A DNA stretch of 64,000 nucleotides from positions 3,040,001 to 3,104,000 of the forward strand of contig OZ219747.1 of the NCBI GenBank assembly GCA_964291265.2, in the 5' to 3' direction. Position 1 is the stretch's first letter; every line of letters starts with the position of its first letter. Shown one piece after another: positions 52,356-62,252 of this stretch. This stretch comes from Alphaproteobacteria bacterium (lineage in GTDB: Bacteria > Pseudomonadota > Alphaproteobacteria > SP197). The translations under genes and the position numbers were made by a program. Below the pieces are notes generated by a model that searched no databases, was not told where the DNA came from, and saw only the letters and a program-made list of their open reading frames with translations.

Positions 52356-52889
52356 GGGTTGGAAGAGGGAAGGTGTTCGTCATGGCGGCACCCTACGCCG
52401 AACAGCACCAAGGCGACAATCGCGGCGCCTGACCCGGAGTGAGGCCTGCCGGGCGTCAAGACCTCGATGGCGCTTGTTCCTCAGGTCGCCGCCATGCCCC
52501 CGTACTTCACTCGGGTGGCCTCAGCCCAAGCTATGGCCCCTCCCTATGCTGTGTTGTGGAACTGATAGGAGACCAGTGATCACCCGCGATTTTGGCAACA
52601 AACTTCAAGGTCACCAACCCGCCCCCGCCTTCGATACCTCAAGACCGCTTCGCTGCCTGCCGAAGCCGTATTGGCAGGAAAGGACGCCCGGGAGACCTCA
52701 TGCACGATGACCTGCAAGCGTCCGGTCTTGCCCCGGCATTCGCTCGGCACTCTCCCAGGCGCCGTCATCCCCTCATGAGCGAACGCTTACCCGGATGACG
52801 GCGGTGAACAGCGACCGGCGTCTGGCCTGTTGTCTGCATTGCGGGTATGATCGATTCTCCAGACTTCGTCATGCGTCCGATGGTGCCAC

Positions 52890-53216
52890 ATGAGTGACGA
52901 CAATCGCCGGAACAGTGATGGCAGCGGGACCGGTGTCGCGACCCGGGTTCGGCAGAAGACGCGGAAGCCCTCCATGTACAAGGTGCTTCTGCTCAACGAC
53001 GACTACACGCCGATGGAGTTTGTCGTTCACGTGCTGGTCAGGTTCTTCCACAAGGGCCCCGAGGAAGCGGCTCGAGTCATGCTTCACGTGCACCGTCATG
53101 GTGTCGGCCTGTGCGGCGTCTATCCCTTCGATGTCGCCGAGAGCAAGGTGACGCAGGTCATCGACTTTGCGCGGCTCCACGAACACCCCCTGCAGGCCAC
53201 GCTCGAAAAGGAATGA
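52890..53216 (+). CDS. clpS: ATP-dependent Clp protease adaptor
   Basis: [31 protein letters not shown]. Confidence 0.98.
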   Translation: MSDDNRRNSDGSGTGVATRVRQKTRKPSMYKVLLLNDDYTPMEFVVHVLVRFFHKGPEEAARVMLHVHRHGVGLCGVYPFDVAESKVTQVIDFARLHEHPLQATLEKE

Positions 53217-53223
53217 GCCCTTC

Positions 53224-55554
53224 ATGATCTCCTCCAAACTCGAACACACACTGCGCAAGGCCCTGGAACACGCCAGCATGCGATGCCACGAGTACGCCAC
53301 GCTCGAGCATCTGATGCTGGCGCTGACCGAGGACGAGGATGCGGTGGCGGTGCTCAGGGCCTGCAATGTCGATCCCGAGCGTATCCGCACCGAGGTCGAG
53401 CACTTCATCGATCACAGTCTTGATTCCATCACCCTCGAGGAGGCCGTCGAGGCGAAGCCCACCCAGGGCTTCCAGAGGACCCTGCGCAGGGCGGTGGCCC
53501 ACGTCCAGTCATCGGGGGCGGGCGAGGTGACCGGGGCAAACATTCTCGTGGCGATGTTCTCGGAACGGGAGAGTCATGTCGTCTGGTTCCTGCAAGAGCA
53601 GGACATGACGCGGCTCGATGCCGTGAGTTACATCAGCCATGGCGTTTCGAAGGTTCCGGGACAGTCGGAACCCAGGGTGGTGCGTGGAACCCAGGAAGAC
53701 GAGGAGGATGTTCGCCAGGGAGACGCGGCGCTCGAAGCCTACTGCGTCAACCTCAACGAGAAGGCGAAATCCGGCAGGACCGACCCCCTGGTCGGGCGGC
53801 AACGGGAGGTGGAACGCACCATCCAGGTGCTGTGTCGGCGCACCAAGAACAACCCCCTCCTTGTTGGCGATCCGGGGGTGGGCAAGACGGCGATCGCCGA
53901 AGGCCTCGCCCGGAGAATCACCGAGAACGATGTGCCCGAGGTGCTCGCCGGGTGCACGATCTGGGCCGTGGACATGGGGGCGCTGCTTGCCGGAACACGC
54001 TACCGGGGCGATTTCGAGGAGAGGCTGAAGTCGGTCATGTCCACGCTTGAAGCCGATCGCGACGCCATCGTCTTCATCGACGAGATTCACACGGTCATCG
54101 GTGCGGGTGCCGCGTCCGGTGGATCGCTGGACGCGTCCAACATGCTCAAGCCCGCCCTGCAGAGCGGCACGCTGCGGTGCATGGGATCGACCACCTACAA
54201 GGAATTCCGTTCCGTGTTCGAGAAGGATCGTGCCCTGTCGCGCCGCTTCCAGAAGATCGATGTGGCGGAACCCTCCATCGGCGATGCGGTGAAGATCCTG
54301 CGTGGACTCAAGCCCTGCTACGAAGAGTTCCACGGCATCCGCTACACCCACGATGCCATCAGGACGGCGGTGGAACTCTCCGACCGCTACCTCCATGATC
54401 GCAGGTTGCCCGACAAGGCGATCGACGTGATGGACGAGGCCGGCGCGGCACAGATGCTGGTGCCGAGGAGCCGGCGTCGCAAGAGCATCGGTGTGGCCGA
54501 TGTGGAAGCGGTCATCGCGCGCATGGCGCGCATTCCGCCAAGGAAGGTGTCGCGCCGTGACCGGGCGTCCCTGATCGAGCTTCCGGTGCAGCTCAAGGGC
54601 GTTGTATTCGGACAGGACCAGGCGATCGACGCGCTGACCGATGCCATCAAGCTCTCCAGGGCGGGCTTGCGGGAAACGGAGAAGCCTGTCGGCAGCTACC
54701 TCTTCAGCGGACCGACTGGCGTCGGCAAGACCGAGGTGGCGCGGCGTCTTGCCGAGTTCTCGGGCATGGAGCTCGTTCGTTTCGACATGTCCGAGTACAT
54801 GGAACGGCACACCGTATCGCGGCTGATCGGCGCTCCGCCGGGCTATGTCGGATTCGACCAGGGCGGACTGCTCACCGATGCCGTGGACCAGAATCCCCAT
54901 GTCGTCCTTCTGCTCGACGAAATCGAGAAGGCCCACCCTGACCTCTTCAATGTCCTTCTCCAGGTGATGGATTACGGCAAGCTCACCGATCACAACGGCA
55001 AGAAGGTCGATTTCAGGAACGTCATCATCATCATGACGACAAACGTGGGAGCCAGTGAACTCGCGAGATCGCCGATGGGATTCGGCAGGGCGACGCGCCG
55101 GGGTGAGGACACGGAAGCCATCGAGAAGCTGTTCACGCCGGAGTTCCGGAACCGCCTTGACGCGATTGTCCCCTTCGCCTCGCTGACGCGCGAGACTGTC
55201 GGCCATGTCGTCGACAAGTTCATCGGCGAACTCGGCACGCAGCTTGCCGAACGCAAGGTCTCGATCTCGCTGTCGCCGGAGGCGAGGGAGTGGCTTTGCC
55301 GCCACGGCCATGACGAGACCTACGGCGCCAGGCCCCTGGCGCGCGTGATCCAGGAACATGTCAAGAAGCCGCTGGCCGACGAACTCCTGTTCGGCGGTCT
55401 TGTCGGCGGCGGGCATGTCACCGTGACCGTGACCGACGACGACTCCCTTGGTTTCGAATTGCAGGTGCGGGAATTCCTCACGGAGTTCGGCGGGGGTGAT
55501 GACGCACCGGCAAAGGCAACGGGAAGCCGCGGTTCAGGCCTGCCGGAAGGGTGA
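53224..55554 (+). CDS. clpA: ATP-dependent Clp protease ATPase subunit
   Basis: HEYATLEHL; two Walker A motifs GDPGVGKT and GPTGVGKT; RFDMSEY; downstream of clpS. Confidence 0.98.
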   Translation: MISSKLEHTLRKALEHASMRCHEYATLEHLMLALTEDEDAVAVLRACNVDPERIRTEVEHFIDHSLDSITLEEAVEAKPTQGFQRTLRRAVAHVQSSGAGEVTGANILVAMFSERESHVVWFLQEQDMTRLDAVSYISHGVSKVPGQSEPRVVRGTQEDEEDVRQGDAALEAYCVNLNEKAKSGRTDPLVGRQREVERTIQVLCRRTKNNPLLVGDPGVGKTAIAEGLARRITENDVPEVLAGCTIWAVDMGALLAGTRYRGDFEERLKSVMSTLEADRDAIVFIDEIHTVIGAGAASGGSLDASNMLKPALQSGTLRCMGSTTYKEFRSVFEKDRALSRRFQKIDVAEPSIGDAVKILRGLKPCYEEFHGIRYTHDAIRTAVELSDRYLHDRRLPDKAIDVMDEAGAAQMLVPRSRRRKSIGVADVEAVIARMARIPPRKVSRRDRASLIELPVQLKGVVFGQDQAIDALTDAIKLSRAGLRETEKPVGSYLFSGPTGVGKTEVARRLAEFSGMELVRFDMSEYMERHTVSRLIGAPPGYVGFDQGGLLTDAVDQNPHVVLLLDEIEKAHPDLFNVLLQVMDYGKLTDHNGKKVDFRNVIIIMTTNVGASELARSPMGFGRATRRGEDTEAIEKLFTPEFRNRLDAIVPFASLTRETVGHVVDKFIGELGTQLAERKVSISLSPEAREWLCRHGHDETYGARPLARVIQEHVKKPLADELLFGGLVGGGHVTVTVTDDDSLGFELQVREFLTEFGGGDDAPAKATGSRGSGLPEG

Positions 55555-56715
55555 CAGTTCGCGTCCGATGTAGTCGGCCTGTTCCGCGATGTGATGTCCC
55601 TCCTCGGCAAAGAACCGGGACACCGCGTCGTGCATGCTGCGATTGGCAAACCAGTGAACCGACCGGGTGGTGACCGGCATGTAACCACGCTGGACCTTGT
55701 GGCCGCCCTGGGCGCCGGCCTCGACCCGGGCAAGGCCGTTGCAGATGGCATGCTCGATCGCCTGATAGTAGCAACATTCGAAGTGAAGCATCCGGTGATC
55801 CTCGATGCAGCCCCAGTGGCGGCCGAAGAGAGTCGATGAACCCCTGACGTTGAGGGCGCCAGCGATCCAGCGGTGATCCCGCCGGCACATGACGAGGAGG
55901 ATATTGTCGGGCATGCGCTGGCCGAGCTGCTCGAAGAAGGCGCGGGTGAGGTAGGGAATGCCCCACTTGCGGTTGCCCGTATCGCGGTAGAAGCCGTAGA
56001 AGGCATCCCAGATCTCGCTTGTCAGCGCCTTGCCGGTCAACCGGTGGATCGAGATGTCACTGGCCGCGACCTCGCGGCGCTCGCGCCGGATGGCCTTGCG
56101 CTTGCGCGAGGACAGGCTGGCCAGGAAACCGTCGAAGGACGCGTATTCCCTGTTCTCCCAGTGGAACTGGATACCGGTCCGCTGGAGGAAGCCGAGACGG
56201 GCGACCACGCGCGATTCCTCCGATGTCAGGAAGTTGATGTGGGCCGACGAGACTCCGGCGTTCTTCGCCAGGTTGACAATGGCGGAGGCCAGGGCACGCT
56301 GCCGTGCCTCGTACGTCGATGCCTGTGCTTCTCCGGTCAGCAGCCTCGGTCCGGTGACCGGGGTGAACGGCACCGCGACGAGGAGTTTGGGGTAGTAGTG
56401 TCCGCCGGCACGTTCGAAGACGTCGGCAAGCCCCTGATCGAAGACATACTCCCCCATCGAATGGCTCTTGAACCAGGCGGGAGCGGCGCCGACGAGCCGT
56501 TGGCGGGAGTCCTCGAGAAGGACATGTGCGGGGCCCCAGCCCGTTTCGGGGCATGCGGAACCGCTGTCCTCGAGACAGGCGAGAAAGTCATGGAGGACGA
56601 ACGGATTGTCGGTGCCAGCGAGGCGGTCCCACGCATCCCGGCTGACGTCGTGGATGCTGTTGATGCAGCGTGCGCTGTAACGTTCCTGCCCGCCGGTATC
56701 TGATCCTGGAGCCAT
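55534..56715 (-). CDS. GNAT/FemAB-like protein (DUF482 type)
   Basis: KSHSMGEYVFD, YYPKL..AVPFTPVTGPRL, LHFECCYYQAI, EAGAQGGHK. ATG 56715 follows GAGGA. Confidence 0.92.
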   Translation of the reverse strand: MAPGSDTGGQERYSARCINSIHDVSRDAWDRLAGTDNPFVLHDFLACLEDSGSACPETGWGPAHVLLEDSRQRLVGAAPAWFKSHSMGEYVFDQGLADVFERAGGHYYPKLLVAVPFTPVTGPRLLTGEAQASTYEARQRALASAIVNLAKNAGVSSAHINFLTSEESRVVARLGFLQRTGIQFHWENREYASFDGFLASLSSRKRKAIRRERREVAASDISIHRLTGKALTSEIWDAFYGFYRDTGNRKWGIPYLTRAFFEQLGQRMPDNILLVMCRRDHRWIAGALNVRGSSTLFGRHWGCIEDHRMLHFECCYYQAIEHAICNGLARVEAGAQGGHKVQRGYMPVTTRSVHWFANRSMHDAVSRFFAEEGHHIAEQADYIGRELSPFRQA

Positions 56716-56908
56716 CCTGTCCTCGGTTGTGGTGGCCCGTTCCGCCGTGATGTGACCGATCGGGCGGCGCAGCGCCGCCGACAGCGGCCTGGCAGGATGG
56801 ATTGTCAGGTGATGCACCGGCATAGTAAAGTGCCCGGCGCGAGAGGGCTCTAGACGACACGAGCGAATCACCGGGCCCTGATCGGTTGACGTTCAAGACA
56901 ACACCTCC

Positions 56909-58762
56909 ATGGCTTCAGACCGGACCCGAACCAGGCGTCGCATCGATATCGAGTTCGACGGCCGATACAACATCGACGTTTCGCGGGTTGACGCCGGGGT
57001 GCTGTGGCGAATCACGGCCATGGCGTTCCGCAACCGCTGGCGCATGGTGCTCGGCATCGTTGCCGCGTTCGCCGCGGGTTTCTTCCAGCTGTTCGTCCCG
57101 CAGTTCCTCGGGCGTGCGGTGGATGAGGCCCAGGGCCTGCTGGGAACCGAAACCGGCCGCGACATCGCAGGCGAGGCGCTGGCGGAGACCGCGGCGCTGC
57201 TGGTCGCCGCCAGCGTGCTGCGCGGCCTCTTCACCATGGTGCAGAACTATCAGGGCGAATCGGTGGGCCAGATCATCGGCCATGACCTGCGCATGGCCTA
57301 TTACAGGCAACTGCAGACCTTGAGCCTGTCGTGGCACGACCGGGTTCACTCCGGTGAACTGATGACAAGGGGAATCCTCGACATCGAGGGCGTGCGCCTC
57401 TGGGTGGATACCGGAATCCTGCGTTGCGTGCTGTTGTCGACCCTGATCGCCGGAGGCTCCATCCTGCTGGTTCGCATCGATCCGGTGCTGGGACTGCTGG
57501 CCCTCGGGTTCGTTCCCGTCATTGCCGTGATGGCCTCGGGCGCCCGCCTGAGACTGCGTGACGCCTGGCTCGCCTTGCAGGAGGAACTCTCGCAGCTTAC
57601 CAAGGTGATGGAGGAGAATCTCGGCGGAATTCGCGTGGTTAGGGCCTTTGCCTCGACAGCTTACGAATTGATTCGCTACGACGCCATCGCCGCACGCGCA
57701 CTCGCCTTGTCGCATCGCCGGATAGCCTTGTTCGTGCGCTCCAGCACGCGCATGACATTCATTTTTTTCGCCGCCATGGGCCTCGTCCTGTGGGTGGGGG
57801 GAGAGAAGGCGATGGCCGGCGAGATCACGCTGGGCCAGCTCGCCGAGTGCCTTGCCTTCATGGCCATCCTGCAGATGCCGGTGCGCCAGATCGGCTGGAT
57901 GATCAACTCCGTCGCCCGCGCCTCGACCTGTGGCGGACGTCTCTTCAACGTGCTGGACCTCGAACCAAGCGTTGCCGATCACCCGGATGCCCGACCGCTC
58001 GAGGTGCGCGAGGGCGTCCTCAGGTTCGAAGGGGTCGACTTCGCCTACCCCGCCTCGGCGCGCGACAGGCGCACGTTGAGCAGCATCGATTTCGAGGTCG
58101 CTCCCGGCAGGACACTCGGCATTGTCGGCCCTCCCGGCAGCGGCAAGAGCACCATTGGACAGTTGGCCGGCCGGTACTACGACGTGACCGCCGGACGCAT
58201 CACCATCGATGGCGCCGACATTCGCTCGGTGACACTCGCAAGCCTGCGCCGGCAGGTCAGCATCGTGCCGCAGCAGCCATTCCTGTTCACCGCAGGCATC
58301 GATCACAATGTGGCTTACGGCGATCCCTGGGCGGGCAGGGCGGCCATCGAGCATTCCGCCGCGGCGGCCCAGCTCCACAACTACATCAGGAAGCTGCCGA
58401 CCGGATACTCCACCCTGGTCGGCGAACGGGGGGTGTCGCTGTCGGGAGGCCAGCGCCAGCGCCTGTCCATCGCCCGCGGTGTCCTGCCGGAGAGTGCCGT
58501 GATCGTGTTCGACGATTCAACGGCAGCAGTGGACGCGGCCACCGAACAGCGCATCCATCAGGCACTGCATGACCTGACCCGCGAGCGCGCCGTCATCATC
58601 ATCGCACACCGCCTGCGTTCGCTGCTCCATGCCGACGAGATCATTTTCCTGGAGGAGGGGCGGATCGTCGAGCGCGGGTGTCACGAGGACCTGCTGACGC
58701 TCGAAGGACGCTATCGCGCTCTCTGGGACCTGCAGGCCAGCGGCGGGAGCGCACGGTCGTGA
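56909..58762 (+). CDS. ABC exporter TMD-NBD half transporter (degenerate Walker B)
   Basis: TM domain; GPPGSGKS, LSGGQ, IVFDDS. Confidence 0.93.
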   Translation: MASDRTRTRRRIDIEFDGRYNIDVSRVDAGVLWRITAMAFRNRWRMVLGIVAAFAAGFFQLFVPQFLGRAVDEAQGLLGTETGRDIAGEALAETAALLVAASVLRGLFTMVQNYQGESVGQIIGHDLRMAYYRQLQTLSLSWHDRVHSGELMTRGILDIEGVRLWVDTGILRCVLLSTLIAGGSILLVRIDPVLGLLALGFVPVIAVMASGARLRLRDAWLALQEELSQLTKVMEENLGGIRVVRAFASTAYELIRYDAIAARALALSHRRIALFVRSSTRMTFIFFAAMGLVLWVGGEKAMAGEITLGQLAECLAFMAILQMPVRQIGWMINSVARASTCGGRLFNVLDLEPSVADHPDARPLEVREGVLRFEGVDFAYPASARDRRTLSSIDFEVAPGRTLGIVGPPGSGKSTIGQLAGRYYDVTAGRITIDGADIRSVTLASLRRQVSIVPQQPFLFTAGIDHNVAYGDPWAGRAAIEHSAAAAQLHNYIRKLPTGYSTLVGERGVSLSGGQRQRLSIARGVLPESAVIVFDDSTAAVDAATEQRIHQALHDLTRERAVIIIAHRLRSLLHADEIIFLEEGRIVERGCHEDLLTLEGRYRALWDLQASGGSARS

Positions 58763-60618
58763 CCGCCGGACGCAAGCCCGGTCTTGCCGTGGTCGGAGCC
58801 CAGGCGTCGCGCGACGAGGAACTCTTCGGTCGCGCCTTCGATCGCTGGGTCATCGCGCGTTTCCTGACGCACCTGGCGCCTTACCGCGCGCGGATTGTCT
58901 TCGCGGTGGTCGCCGTCCTCTTCTTCGTTGCCACCCAGCTCATGGTGCCGCTCATCATACGCTGGACAATCGACGAGGCCCTGGCGGCAGGGGACGGCGC
59001 CCGCGTGCTCCTTGTCGTCATCATGGGTGTGTTCTTCGGCGTCGTCGTCGTCAACTACGTGTCGATGTTCCTTCTCGAGAGCATTGTCGGGCGCATCGCC
59101 GGTCACCTGCTGTTCGACCTGCGCCGGGCCATGTACGCCCACCTGCAGGTCGTGTCCCTGGGGTTCATGGACCAGACGGAAGTCGGTCGGCTGATGTCGC
59201 GCCTGCAGGGAGACGTCTATGCCCTGCAGGAGTTTCTCGAGTCCTCGATCTTCGCCATCGGCGATCTGGTTCTCCTCGTGGGCATCATCACGGTCCTCCT
59301 CGTGCTGGATGTCCGGCTTGCCTCCCTGACGCTCGCAGTCCTGCCGATCCTGGTTGTCGTGCGCATGGTCTGGCTCCCCATGGCTCGCCAGGCGTTCCTG
59401 CATGCCCGCGAGACCAGCAGCGCCGTCAATGCGGCCCTGGCCGAAAACGTTCATGGCATCCGGGCCATACAGGAGCTCGGCCGTGAGGGTGTCAATCTCG
59501 ATCTCTTCGAGGAGATGACGGCCGACAATCGCAACGCCCACATGAGGGCATCACGCCTTGCCAACGTCCTCATCCCCGTGGTCGATCTCCTGACCGGCTG
59601 CGCCATGGCGATCGTTGTCGTCATCGGCGGACGACTGGTGCTGGACAACAGCCTCGACATCGGCGTCATGGTGGCTTTCCTCTTCTACGTCCAGCGCTTC
59701 TTCGATCCCATTCGATCGCTCTCCATCCAGTACAGCATCATGCAGCGTGCCATGGCGGCCGGACAGCGTATCTTCGAGGTCCTCGATGTGGACGTGGAGG
59801 TGCGTGACAGACCGGACGCCATCGAGCTCGACCGCAGCAACGGCGCCGTCGAATTCGCCAACGTCACCTTCGGATACGTCGAGGACCAGCCCGTTCTCAA
59901 GAATGTGAGCTTCGGGGTGAAGGACGGTGAAACCGTCGCCCTGGTCGGGCCGACCGGTTCGGGGAAGACCAGCGCCATGGCCCTGATTCACCGCTTCTAC
60001 GACGTCTGGGAGGGCTCCGTCAGGGTCGGCGGCCACGATGTCCGCGATGTCGCCCAGGAGTCTCTCGGTCGTCACGTGGCCATGGTCCTGCAGGAACCCT
60101 ATCTGTTTACCGGGACGGTCTTCGAGAACATCCGCTACAACAGGACCGGCGCCAGCCGGCATGCGGTGGCTGAAGCGGCGCGCGCGGTCGGAGCCCACGA
60201 CTTCATCATGAATCTGCCGAAGGGATACGATACCCTGCTGGATCAGGGTGCGGTGACCCTGTCACTCGGCGAGCGCCAGTTGCTGAGCTTTGCCAGGGCC
60301 CTGGTGGCCGATACGCCCATTCTCGTGCTCGACGAGGCAACGGCAAACATCGACAGCTACACGGAACAGAGGATCCAGCAGGCCCTTGCCCGGCTCCTCG
60401 AGGGGCGCACCGCCCTCGTGATCGCCCACCGCCTGACCACGATCAGGGGAGCGGATCGCATCATCGTGCTGCAGGACGGCCGCGTCATCGAGGAAGGGGC
60501 CCACGACGCTCTCATGGCCTCCGGTGGTCTCTACAGCATGCTCTATCGCATGAACTACGCCAGTTTCGACGATATCGGCGACGCTGGCGGCATGATGTCA
60601 ACGATCGAGGGCACCTGA
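58759..60618 (+). CDS. ABC exporter TMD-NBD half transporter (heterodimer partner)
   Basis: GPTGSGKT, LSLGERQ, LVLDEAT; GTGA overlap with the upstream gene. Confidence 0.93.
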   Translation: MTAGRKPGLAVVGAQASRDEELFGRAFDRWVIARFLTHLAPYRARIVFAVVAVLFFVATQLMVPLIIRWTIDEALAAGDGARVLLVVIMGVFFGVVVVNYVSMFLLESIVGRIAGHLLFDLRRAMYAHLQVVSLGFMDQTEVGRLMSRLQGDVYALQEFLESSIFAIGDLVLLVGIITVLLVLDVRLASLTLAVLPILVVVRMVWLPMARQAFLHARETSSAVNAALAENVHGIRAIQELGREGVNLDLFEEMTADNRNAHMRASRLANVLIPVVDLLTGCAMAIVVVIGGRLVLDNSLDIGVMVAFLFYVQRFFDPIRSLSIQYSIMQRAMAAGQRIFEVLDVDVEVRDRPDAIELDRSNGAVEFANVTFGYVEDQPVLKNVSFGVKDGETVALVGPTGSGKTSAMALIHRFYDVWEGSVRVGGHDVRDVAQESLGRHVAMVLQEPYLFTGTVFENIRYNRTGASRHAVAEAARAVGAHDFIMNLPKGYDTLLDQGAVTLSLGERQLLSFARALVADTPILVLDEATANIDSYTEQRIQQALARLLEGRTALVIAHRLTTIRGADRIIVLQDGRVIEEGAHDALMASGGLYSMLYRMNYASFDDIGDAGGMMSTIEGT

Positions 60619-60625
60619 ATCCGGT

Positions 60626-62248
60626 TCAACTGCCGGCGGCAAGGTCCCGGATGTCGGTGACCACGTGAATGAGCGCCGGGCCGTCGAGAGCGAGAGCCTC
60701 ATCGAAGGCCGGTGCGAATTCCGCGGTGCGCTCGACACGCCAGGAAGGCGCCCCGTAGGCCACGCCGATGGCCTGGAAATCCGGGCTTTCGAGAGCCACG
60801 GCGATGGTGTTCCGAGGGCCGGCGTAGCGTTGCTGGTGCATGAGGATCGTGCCGTAGTGTCCGTTGTCGCAGACGATGGCAATGACCTTGAGGGTATTCT
60901 CGACGGCGGTCGTGAGTTCCTGGCCCGTCATCATGAAACCGCCGTCTCCGGCAAAGGCGACAACCCGGGCGGCGGGCCTTGCAAGCGCTGCACCAAGGGC
61001 AGCCGGCACACCATAGCCCATGGCGCCCGACATCGGCCCGGCCTGGCTTGCCGGCAACCGGTAGCGAAAGTGGCGCTGCACCCATGTGGAGAAGTTGCCG
61101 GCGTCATTGGCGATGACATGATCGACTGATGCGAGCCGCCGGTTCACGTGACGGACGACCTCGGTCAGGTCGACGGCACCCCTGGCCGCCGGCGCTGCCT
61201 CCTGGAATCGCCTCCAGGCGTGCCTCAGGCCGGCACGCCATGCGGGCTGGGCGGGGCTCGCCCCGGCAAGCCTGTCGGCGATGGCATCGAGGGCCGGTCC
61301 GACATCCGAAACCAGGCCAAGCCGGGGACGCAGGGCGTGGACGGTGGCAGCGTCGGGGTGGATGGCGACGAGAGGCTTCGATCCGTCCCTGAAGCGGAAG
61401 TCGGCGGAACTGATGGCATCGAACCTGGCTCCGGCGACCACCACGAGGTCCGCCTCGTCCCAGGCGTCATCCAGGTAGGCCGCGCGGCCCGTGGCAAACG
61501 ATCCCGCATAGGCCTCGTGTTCGTTCGAAAGACAGTCCTGGCAGCGGAATGCCGATACCACTGCGGCCCCGGACTGCCGCGCCAGGCGGTCGAGCTGGGT
61601 GTGGACCGCTTCGTGGCGCACCATCTCGCCCGCCAGAAGGAGAATGCGGTCGGCCCTTTCGATCATCGATGCAGCGCGCTCCAGATCTTCCTCTGATGCC
61701 CTGGTCGCGGACTTGCCGACCGGTGCCGCCATGACGGGGGTTCCGGCCTCGCCGAGGGTGATGTCCTCGGGAAGGACAACGACCACCGGCCCCGGTCTAC
61801 CGGCGGCGGCGACCGAAAGGGCGCGTGCCGTCGCGTCCGCCACCTCCGCAGCGCCGGCAGGTTCGATCACCGCCTTGGCAACGGCGCCGAAGAAGGAGGT
61901 GTAGTTGATTTCCTGGAATGCCTCGCGGCCGATTTCGTGGGTCGGCACCTGGCCGATGAAGAGAACCACGGGCACGCTGTCCTGAGCGGCCGTGTGAACA
62001 CCGATGGCGGCGTTGGTCGCACCGGGGCCGCGGCTGACCAGAACAATGCCCGGGTGTGCCGAAATCTTGGCGTAGCCGTTGGCGGCGAAGGCTGCGCCCG
62101 ATTCGTGGCGATGGGTGATCAGGCGGATGGTGTTGCCGTGGCGGCGCAATGCCTCGAGAACCGCAAGGTAGCTTTCGCCAGGAACGCAGAATGCCGCTGT
62201 GACACCATGTTCGAGAAGGGTGGCGACAAGCGCCTCACCGCCGTTCAC
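60626..62248 (-). CDS. Thiamine pyrophosphate-dependent enzyme (acetolactate synthase large subunit-like)
   Basis: VPGESYL, RHESGA, SRGPGATN, GAMGYG, GDGGFMM...DNG. GTG start 62248 inferred. Confidence 0.9.
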   Translation of the reverse strand: MNGGEALVATLLEHGVTAAFCVPGESYLAVLEALRRHGNTIRLITHRHESGAAFAANGYAKISAHPGIVLVSRGPGATNAAIGVHTAAQDSVPVVLFIGQVPTHEIGREAFQEINYTSFFGAVAKAVIEPAGAAEVADATARALSVAAAGRPGPVVVVLPEDITLGEAGTPVMAAPVGKSATRASEEDLERAASMIERADRILLLAGEMVRHEAVHTQLDRLARQSGAAVVSAFRCQDCLSNEHEAYAGSFATGRAAYLDDAWDEADLVVVAGARFDAISSADFRFRDGSKPLVAIHPDAATVHALRPRLGLVSDVGPALDAIADRLAGASPAQPAWRAGLRHAWRRFQEAAPAARGAVDLTEVVRHVNRRLASVDHVIANDAGNFSTWVQRHFRYRLPASQAGPMSGAMGYGVPAALGAALARPAARVVAFAGDGGFMMTGQELTTAVENTLKVIAIVCDNGHYGTILMHQQRYAGPRNTIAVALESPDFQAIGVAYGAPSWRVERTAEFAPAFDEALALDGPALIHVVTDIRDLAAGS

Positions 62249-62252
62249 GGGA

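Larger units (their letters stand above)
46228..52790. mobile_element. Non-autonomous element with IS66-type ends carrying a tandem Rpn gene array
   Basis: Left end GTAAGCGTTCGGCCGTGCGGTGA at 46228. Right end reverse complement GTAAGCGTTCGCTCATGAGGGGA ending at 52790 (first 11 identical, 18/23 overall). 8-bp direct repeat CCGGATGA at 46220-46227 and 52791-52798. No tnpA/B/C inside. Confidence 0.85.
46362..52790. repeat. Tandem array: four 1.5-1.64-kb units with five copies of a ~130-bp right-end segment
   Basis: CCGAAGCC...GGCAGGAAAGGAC...CTCATGAGCGAACGCTTAC ends at 46493, 48110, 49752, 51288 and 52790. Periods 1617, 1642, 1536 and 1502 bp. Confidence 0.95.

Noticed and set aside
46322-52442. 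Long plus-strand ORFs across the Rpn array
   Set aside because: Antisense shadows of the rpn genes.
56909-60618. Non-canonical ABC motifs (DD Walker B, LSLGE signature)
   Set aside because: Normal asymmetric heterodimeric exporter pattern, not novel.
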